Below, in pieces: positions 1-5,296 of a DNA stretch of 64,000 bases (the first letter of the stretch is position 1; each line of letters starts with the position of its first letter). A program made the translations under genes and the position numbers. The notes beneath the pieces are model-generated. The model was not told the DNA's origin. It did no database searches and saw only the letters and a program-made list of their open reading frames with translations. This DNA is from an uncultured Verrucomicrobiae bacterium (lineage in GTDB: Bacteria > Verrucomicrobiota > Verrucomicrobiia > Chthoniobacterales > UBA10450), in contig CAWBSH010000030.1 in NCBI GenBank assembly GCA_963791385.1, positions 188,381 through 252,380 of the forward strand. Reading direction: 5' to 3'.

Positions 1-970
1 GTGGTCCATGCTTTCGACCGCCGCGATTGCCGCTTGGACGGCGACTGGATCGAGGGTGAGTGAGATGTGGTCGATCCCCGGGAGAACTGTAACAGGAACA
101 TCTTTGCCAGCTGTCTTGAAAACGGCTGCAAACCGATCGGCGTACGACACGTCATCATTTTGACCGACGAGCACCCGAAGGGGTTTCCTAATCGCTCGAA
201 TGTTTGCCTGGTAATCGCGCTCAGGCCTGAAGTTCTGTGCGAGGGCGAAGGAATATTGCGGGGTGAGCAAGCCTTTGTCCCTCTCGTCGACCGCGAATCT
301 AACCACCGGCAGGTCGTCAAACGCGTGCACTCCAAACCCGTTGAGCACGGCGATCGCGATGATGCGCGGAACCCCCACGGTAGCCCAGCCGCCGCTGCCC
401 GGACGCAACGTTGCTGCGTCCTGACTGATCCAAGGAGAAAGAAGAAGATAGTTGGAGAATAGTTCCTGACGTGGACTGCCCGCGAAGCGAAGCACAAATC
501 CGCCGCCGGAAGAGAATCCGGCGAGCGTGGAAGGCTGAGCCAATTTGGTCGAATGGACAAAGTCTTCGAGGTCGTCCTCCAACTGTCCGATATAGGCGAT
601 GTGGCCTTTGGTGCCTGATTTGCCGTGTCCGCGGATGTCCAGCGTGTAAGCTGCATACCCAGCGGCGGCAAATCCCTTGGCCATCAGGTGCATGCTGCTG
701 CCACTGGCAGAGGAGCCGTGCACGAGCACCACACTGCCTTTGATCGCGCCACCGGCAGCGGGGTAGGCCCGAAAGGCGAGCTTAGTGCCATCGCGAGCCG
801 TAACGTGAGTCGCGTTCCGGTAAATCGGAGAAATCCACGTTCTTGAAAGGGTCATTAATGCTCGACATTGGCGGCGGCGCCTCGCCTGGTCCGCCAAGTG
901 CGATCGCGAGTCCAAGGGCCGCCACAAGAACTGCAACAACAATAAGGATGGTGACGAGAAGACGCTTCAT
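1..970 (-). CDS. Cassette-borne secreted alpha/beta-fold hydrolase. The C-terminus lies beyond the window and there is an apparent frameshift near 800-850.
   Basis: My translation of the minus strand in the frame of codon 1-3 is open from 855 to 1. It reads ...ARDGTKLAFRAYPAAGGAIKGSVVLVHGSSASGSSMHLMAKGFAAAGYAAYTLDIRGHGKSG...TLAGFSSGGGFVLRF...VLVGQNDDV...LPGIDHISL, giving a GxSxG nucleophile elbow plus Asp and His candidates. The signal-peptide ORF 782-970 (MKRLLVTILIVVAVLVAALGLAIA) is in another frame and starts 7 nt after the attC R' box. Confidence 0.75.
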
Positions 971-977
971 GCGATAG

Positions 978-1102
978 GCCTAACGAGAACAAGATCAGCG
1001 ACGGCTACCGGGAGCGAGCGCTAAATCGAAGTGGAAGTGTTTTAATCATGGGAAAACGTGCTCGTGCAACGGGTAGCCGTTCGCTGCATCGCAGGGTTAG
1101 AC
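978..1102 (-). repeat. Integron attC site (attC5, counted from attI)
   Basis: The plus strand reads GCCTAACGAGAACAAGATCAGCGACGGCTACCG...CGGGTAGCCGTTCGCTGCATCGCAGGGTTAGAC. The arms are complementary, with 3 extra bases on the high-coordinate arm. Confidence 0.8.
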
Positions 1103-1115
1103 GGCGCGGTCGAGT

Positions 1116-1385
1116 TCAAAGCCGGCGTTTATCGCAGAATTCTTTTCCTGCCTCGCTTAGCAGAATATCCCCAGTTCTTTGCAGGCTCACTCGCGCGGTT
1201 CCGTCCTCCGGAAACTCTAACTTAGCTAATTTGACTGGAAGATCGATATATCCGGCCGCGTGTAGCTCCAGCACCGCGTCTGCTGTGATGCCCTGAAGCT
1301 CGCCTTCGGCGGGTTGCTCACCATGATTGAGGCGGCAGAACAGGCGGAGCGTCTTCTCGGCATCTTGGCTTAACTGCGTATTCAT
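1116..1385 (-). CDS. Hypothetical 89-aa protein, second gene of a two-gene cassette
   Basis: An internal ATG of ORF 1116-1574 gives MNTQLSQDAEKTLRLFCRLNHGEQPAEGELQGITADAVLELHAAGYIDLPVKLAKLEFPEDG.... This ATG overlaps the upstream gene's stop as ATGA at 1382-1385. The stop lies 13 nt before attC5. Confidence 0.55.
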   Translation of the reverse strand: MNTQLSQDAEKTLRLFCRLNHGEQPAEGELQGITADAVLELHAAGYIDLPVKLAKLEFPEDGTARVSLQRTGDILLSEAGKEFCDKRRL

Positions 1386-1630
1386 CGGGATGTGAACATG
1401 CTGGTGCAGAATCCTAACAGTAGAGAGACGACGATAACCATGATAATGATCAAGCATCCCACGTTGAAGACGCGTTCCGTCCCGGATTTGCCGAGGAATC
1501 CACGTTTGATTGGGTGACCGCAATGCGGACACTTGTCCGCTTCCGGACTCACTGGATTGGCGCATGAAGGGCATTGTTGGAGAGCCTTATATTTTGATTT
1601 GGGTGTGTGCGAGTGCCGTCTAACGTCCAA
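1382..1630 (-). CDS. Zinc-ribbon membrane protein (CxxC...CxxC followed by one TM helix). The start is uncertain.
   Basis: ORF 1382-1699 contains CPSCANPVSPEADKCPHCGHPI followed by the hydrophobic stretch VFNVGCLIIIMVIVVSLLLGFC. No ATG, GTG, TTG or CTG lies between the R' box of attC4 and the first Cys. The nearest start is TTG at 1630, inside attC4. Confidence 0.55.
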   Translation of the reverse strand: MDVRRHSHTPKSKYKALQQCPSCANPVSPEADKCPHCGHPIKRGFLGKSGTERVFNVGCLIIIMVIVVSLLLGFCTSMFTSR

Positions 1631-1740
1631 GCTCAGGCACAGCCGCCAGAGCGGGACGTGGCCTGCAATGATGATGTTCGAGTTTCCATAGTCGGTCAAA
1701 TGCCCGGCGCAGCGGCTGTTGCCTGCAGCGCTTGTTAGGC
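1618..1740 (-). repeat. Integron attC site (attC4)
   Basis: The site reads GTCTAACGTCCAAGCTCAGGCACAGCCGCC...GCGGCTGTTGCCTGCAGCGCTTGGTTAGGC. The arms are complementary, with extra bases on the high-coordinate arm. Confidence 0.75.
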
Positions 1741-2416
1741 GCGAGGATGTCCCCCGCGTTTATCACACCATCGCCAATAGCCGTTTTCGACTCGTTCTGC
1801 AAGTTCAGCGACTACCTTTAAGCCAACGTCCACGAAGGTGTCATCGACCGGCTTGTCATCCGATTGCACCTCGTCAGCAATGCGTGTGAGCGTGATCTTG
1901 ATCTGAGCTGGGAGATCGCGATCGAGCTTGTGGATATAACGGTTCCTGAGTTCCCTGATGGCATCGAGGTTCCTCCAGAGGTCCTTGCTGACCTCGAATT
2001 CCAAACCGCATGTTCTGGTCAGAAAGAGTATGTAACGGTTGACGTCACGGCAACTGTCTCTGGTCAGGCTCTGGATCCGCCCCGATCTCTGAAGCGATTT
2101 CACGAACCACGTCACTCAGCAGGTTCTCGATCAGCGCGAGACCTTGAGAAAGAACAGCGCATCGAAGGAATTCTGGAAAATACTCTTCGTCGGAAAGAAC
2201 TACCTCGTCTTTGATGATCTCCATTTCTCCTGAACCATCTGTCTTTCCGGCTTGAAGGTCGGTCAGGTATCCTGCAATGAAACGCCGTGTAAACTCCCAG
2301 TGCCGTTGAAGGCTGTTAAGGCGGGACGCGAACTCGTAGAATGCCCGGAGAAACCGCTCGCTGGGTTGATACAACGGTTCGAGTTCAAGTGCGTCGTTGA
2401 AAGCATCGTTCGCCAT
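1735..2416 (-). CDS. HEPN-domain protein (RiboL-PSP/Swt1-like Rx4H motif) in its own cassette. There is an apparent frameshift near 2045-2115.
   Basis: ORFs 2045-2416 and 1735-2115 overlap in different frames. The second carries AIRELRNRYIHKL, which is R-x4-H. A CCCC run at 2080-2083 is a candidate indel site. The TAA stop is the TAA of the attC4 GCCTAAC box. Confidence 0.6.
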
Positions 2417-2434
2417 CTAATCTTCGTCTTCAGC

Positions 2435-2557
2435 GCCTAACGAGAACAAGATGAGCTGCTGCGAGCGGGAGCGCGCTCGGTGGCGGGCGAAGGCGTGGAA
2501 GCCATGGAAAACGAGGTCGGACGCCGGGTCGCAGTCAGCTCCATCGCTTTGTTAGGG
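2435..2557 (-). repeat. Integron attC site (attC3)
   Basis: The site reads GCCTAACGAGAACAAGATGAGCTGCTGCGA...TCGCAGTCAGCTCCATCGCTTTGTTAGGG, with complementary arms. Confidence 0.75.
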
Positions 2558-3116
2558 CTTTCTGAACGGCCGGACCTTGCAGCGCAGTCCATAACGCGTC
2601 CCATTCGCTCCCAAGCCAAGAGGAAGCATCTTCGGAAAGCGCCTCAAGGCGAAAGGGCTCGCCGTAATAGAGGCCCTCGGTGTAAAAGTCTAAGCCGTGC
2701 TCCACAAGTTGCTGAGGCAAAAGGCGAGCGACCTCCGATACGTCCAATGGCGGGCCATCGCCGCTCAAAAATGCCTCTGATACAAGATGCGCATAAATCA
2801 GCTTGGCAACCGCTTCATCCAGTCGCCAGTTTAGGGAGATCGCCATCTGGCCTCCCGACACTTCTGGCAGGAGTTGATGCGCCTTCTCAAGGCTTTCGTT
2901 TACCTGACGCTTGCGTTCTTCTGCTGACATCGCAAGAATCAACGGATCAATTTCGTCGTCAGTGCGGGGGCGAACGCCGCCCAAGCCATACAGTTGAATG
3001 CCATCGACGAGCGAAATGAATAACGTCGCGCGGTTCAACTCCTCATTTATGGATAACAAGTGTCTGGCTATATCGTGATCTGACAACCATACAACTTCAT
3101 GGACATGCAGGTGCAT
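2535..3116 (-). CDS. Hypothetical cassette protein (~193 aa) with no recognisable domain
   Basis: This is ORF 2535-3134 trimmed to the ATG at 3116, which lies 3 nt after the attC2 R' box (MHLHVHEVVWLSDHDIARHLL...). The reading frame passes through the attC3 R'' box and stops 16 nt inside the site. Confidence 0.55.
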   Translation of the reverse strand: MHLHVHEVVWLSDHDIARHLLSINEELNRATLFISLVDGIQLYGLGGVRPRTDDEIDPLILAMSAEERKRQVNESLEKAHQLLPEVSGGQMAISLNWRLDEAVAKLIYAHLVSEAFLSGDGPPLDVSEVARLLPQQLVEHGLDFYTEGLYYGEPFRLEALSEDASSWLGSEWDALWTALQGPAVQKALTKRWS

Positions 3117-3119
3117 AAG

Positions 3120-3243
3120 ACCTAACGAGACCAAAATGAGCGACGGCGGACGAGAACGCGCGTCGCTCGGAGTGGGAGTGTGGAAGTCATTTCAACAGTG
3201 GAGCGTACAGCGGTCCGCCGTTCGCTCCATCGCATGGTTAGGC
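3120..3243 (-). repeat. Integron attC site (attC2)
   Basis: The site reads ACCTAACGAGACCAAAATGAGCGACGGCGGACG...CGGTCCGCCGTTCGCTCCATCGCATGGTTAGGC, with complementary arms. Confidence 0.8.
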
Positions 3244-3741
3244 CTTTTCACCGTAGCAAGTCGGGGTTGAGTTCGAATGATGCCGGATTTCCGTGCCGTC
3301 GGCGCCAAAGCTGAGCGCGCTCTCCGCATGAAAACTAATGTATGCATCTGCTCCCGGTTCTGCAGCAATCTTCTGGAGCTCTGCGAACTGGTACGGCTTG
3401 AGGTCGCCGTGAAATCTCGTCTGGCCTTGCGCGAGTGCTTGCAGAATGCGTGTGTCGACGGAGTCGAGACACGTCTTTAGCCGCTCTTTGAGCGGCTTTG
3501 GCTGCGACGCTTTTAGCGCCGCATCTACTTGCTCCTGCATCTGTGTTTTCCACTGGTCGTCTAAGCTCTTCTTGAGCATGCCGAGAAGCGGTGTAGCGAA
3601 AGTGACAAAGAGGCTGATAAAGAGCGACAGCTTGTGTAAGCGGCGCGGCAGAAGGCGCTCAAAGCGGACAGCAACGCTACAGAGCGCTCCGACCAAGCTG
3701 ATCCAGAGTGCGTGATTCGCAATCCAAATGAGGATGCGCAT
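3238..3741 (-). CDS. Hypothetical cassette membrane protein (~167 aa, two N-terminal hydrophobic helices)
   Basis: This is ORF 3238-3795 trimmed to the ATG at 3741, which lies 5 nt after the attC1 R' box (MRILIWIANHALWISLVGALCSVAV...LSLFISLFVTFATPLLGML). The TAA stop lies within the attC2 box GCCTAAC. Confidence 0.55.
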   Translation of the reverse strand: MRILIWIANHALWISLVGALCSVAVRFERLLPRRLHKLSLFISLFVTFATPLLGMLKKSLDDQWKTQMQEQVDAALKASQPKPLKERLKTCLDSVDTRILQALAQGQTRFHGDLKPYQFAELQKIAAEPGADAYISFHAESALSFGADGTEIRHHSNSTPTCYGEKA

Positions 3742-3746
3742 GTTAG

Positions 3747-3870
3747 GCCTAACGAGAACAAGCTGAGCCACCGCTGGCGGCGGCGAGCGTGGCAAACACT
3801 CTGAACAGTTTCATAAAATCAAATGTGGATAATACAACGGGCAGCGGTGGGCTCCAGCGATTGGTTAGGC
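3747..3870 (-). repeat. Integron attC site (attC1)
   Basis: The site reads GCCTAACGAGAACAAGCTGAGCCACCGCTGG...CAGCGGTGGGCTCCAGCGATTGGTTAGGC. The arms are complementary, with 2 extra bases on the high-coordinate arm. Confidence 0.8.
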
Positions 3871-3936
3871 TGGGCGAACAAAGCCGGCGGTAATCGGTTT
3901 GGAGCAAAGGCATCCGGACTTTGGCGAGTTTGTGTT

Positions 3937-4389
3937 CTACCTCTTTTTTCGCGGATCGTCATTAGGATTAATGAAGGTCACGCCCGCCGGGCCAGTAAAA
4001 GTCACCTGGACAATAACCTCCGTATCTTCCGTCCACGTATAATGCGCGTGCCCAGCCGGAAGCACGAACACACTCCCAGGACGCAGCTCCACCCCTTTAC
4101 TTTTATCAAAGCTCTGCCCAAAAGAATTCCAGTAATTCCCGCTTAACACCGTCACCACTTCTGCATACGGATGCGTGTGCGGAGGTACCCTGTAGTGCGG
4201 CGGAAACTTCGTCCGCTGCACTATCGTCTCAGCCTTCGTCGGGTCCCCGACTAAGATTACCGTCTGGGCACCCTTGAACACTGGATGCTCTGTCCACACC
4301 AAGTCCTCCGCCTTCATCATCTTCATCTCTTGCCCGGATCCGCCCCCGGCCAGCCCCAGCAGCGCTAAACCAATCAGTATCCGTTTCAT
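3937..4389 (-). CDS. Secreted cupin-domain protein, first cassette
   Basis: There is a signal peptide, MKRILIGLALLGLAGGGSG. Cupin motif 1 is HTHPYAEVVTVLSG (HxH-x3-E-x6-G) and motif 2 is GSVFVLPAGHAH (G-x5-PxG-x2-H). Confidence 0.8.
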   Translation of the reverse strand: MKRILIGLALLGLAGGGSGQEMKMMKAEDLVWTEHPVFKGAQTVILVGDPTKAETIVQRTKFPPHYRVPPHTHPYAEVVTVLSGNYWNSFGQSFDKSKGVELRPGSVFVLPAGHAHYTWTEDTEVIVQVTFTGPAGVTFINPNDDPRKKR

Positions 4390-4428
4390 ATTTTTATTTC
4401 ATCAGCATAAGCAATGTCAGGCGCATAA

Positions 4429-4485
4429 GCCTAACGAGAATTAGACGAAGGTTCGTAATAAAAGGCGAACATTTTTTCGTCTAAC
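4429..4485 (-). other. attI-like primary recombination site
   Basis: The minus strand reads TAA-T-GTTAGAC-(31 nt with an internal hairpin)-GTCTAAT-TCTC-GTTAGGC. This is an inverted L/R pair ending in the same TCTCGTTAGGC junction as every attC R' end. An upstream direct copy (GTTAGAC) is also present. Confidence 0.5.
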
Positions 4486-4486
4486 A

Positions 4487-4780
4487 TTATCCTGAAGGCG
4501 GGTTTTCGACGATCGGCGACTGGTCCAGTGGGCTGCGGATGTGGACGCCGGGACGGTTCAGCACATGGGTGTAAATCATGGTGGTAGCGACGTTTTTGTG
4601 GCCGAGCAGTTCTTGAACGGTACGAATGTCGTACCCGTTTTCAAGCAAATGGGTGGCGAAGCTGTGCCTCCGCGTAAAAGCTACGCTCACGCGGTCGGCG
4701 TGATCGGATTCCTTTTGAGATAATTTGCAAGCTGAGCTTTTAGAAATCGCCTGCCGTTTCCGCTCTTCAAGTAGCGTTCT
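4487..4780 (-). pseudogene. intI: Integron integrase intI, C-terminal fragment only (box II and catalytic Tyr region)
   Basis: The C-terminal part of ORF 4487-5008 reads [57 protein letters not shown]. The THVLNRxxxGVxSPLD tail is typical of IntI rather than XerC/D. About 230 N-terminal residues are absent. The fragment is unambiguous from about 4693 downward, and the junction is estimated at about 4780. Confidence 0.75.
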
Positions 4781-5008
4781 CGCCCTCAGCCAAATGAATT
4801 TAGGCGGATGGCCGAGCACAATAACTCTTTGATAGAAATCAGTATCCTTGGAGACGATCGTGAAGCCTTGCTGCTTTGCCCACTTCCAAACCGCGCTGTC
4901 ATCGGCTTGCTTCAAGCCGACAGTTTTGATGTGCGCCGAATCGGGAAACAAATCAGCAATCCGCTGAACAATCCTATGCGAAACATTCCCATCCAGAAGA
5001 AGCTTCAC
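4781..5008 (-). pseudogene. DUF5615 (PIN-like, Mut7-C type) toxin, truncated after ~76 aa and fused in frame to the intI fragment
   Basis: The N-terminal part of ORF 4487-5008 reads [75 protein letters not shown]. This matches the DUF5615 pattern up to the conserved IWLR, where family similarity stops. Confidence 0.6.
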
Positions 5009-5229
5009 GCAGGGGCAACGAAAAGCTTCCTCTCGCGATCAGCGGCAAACGCCAAACACGCCTGAATGTCTTCGCGGGTGAGCTCGGGAAAATCCCGTAG
5101 TACCTGGTCTTCGGTCATGCCCCCGGCTAGATACTCGAGGATGTCTTGAACCGTAATGCGCATTCCGCGAATGCACGGCTTACCGCTGCGCTTGCCAGGC
5201 TCGATGGTGATGATTTTGGAGTAGTCCAT
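5005..5229 (-). CDS. DUF433 antitoxin-like protein
   Basis: The sequence [63 protein letters not shown] is the typical DUF433 pattern. There is a 4-nt overlap with the downstream DUF5615 ORF. Confidence 0.8.
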   Translation of the reverse strand: MDYSKIITIEPGKRSGKPCIRGMRITVQDILEYLAGGMTEDQVLRDFPELTREDIQACLAFAADRERKLFVAPA

Positions 5230-5296
5230 CTCGGGAAATGTTAATTTCGGAGGTTTGGGTGGTCAAATGCCCGTCAGACGCTGGAGGTCCCGACAC

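Larger units (their letters stand above)
1..4780 (-). mobile_element. Chromosomal (sedentary) integron remnant. It comprises an intI 3' fragment, an attI-like site, and at least 6 cassettes separated by 5 attC sites. The array runs off the window at position 1.
   Basis: Five ~124-bp RYYYAAC...GTTRRRY imperfect palindromes are present, with one short minus-strand gene unit between each pair. An IntI-type C-terminus ([49 protein letters not shown]) lies immediately upstream of the first site. Confidence 0.8.

Noticed and set aside
1116-1574. The 152-aa version of ORF 1116-1574, with an ATG at 1574, considered as a single cassette gene
   Set aside because: Its first 63 residues are R/Q/S-rich and overlap the much more protein-like zinc-ribbon/TM frame. 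The internal ATG at 1385 forms an ATGA overlap with that frame's stop. It is kept only as an alternative in the finding.
3255-3275. A GAGTTCGAATG string resembling a tRNA T-arm
   Set aside because: It lies within a cassette coding region. No acceptor or anticodon stem arrangement could be drawn around it.
3238-3795. N-terminal extensions of cassette ORFs across attC sites (3238-3795, 2535-3134 and the TTG at 1699)
   Set aside because: The extensions translate the attC palindrome itself (for example MPRSPPPAVAQLVLVRPN). In-cassette ATGs directly follow the R' boxes.
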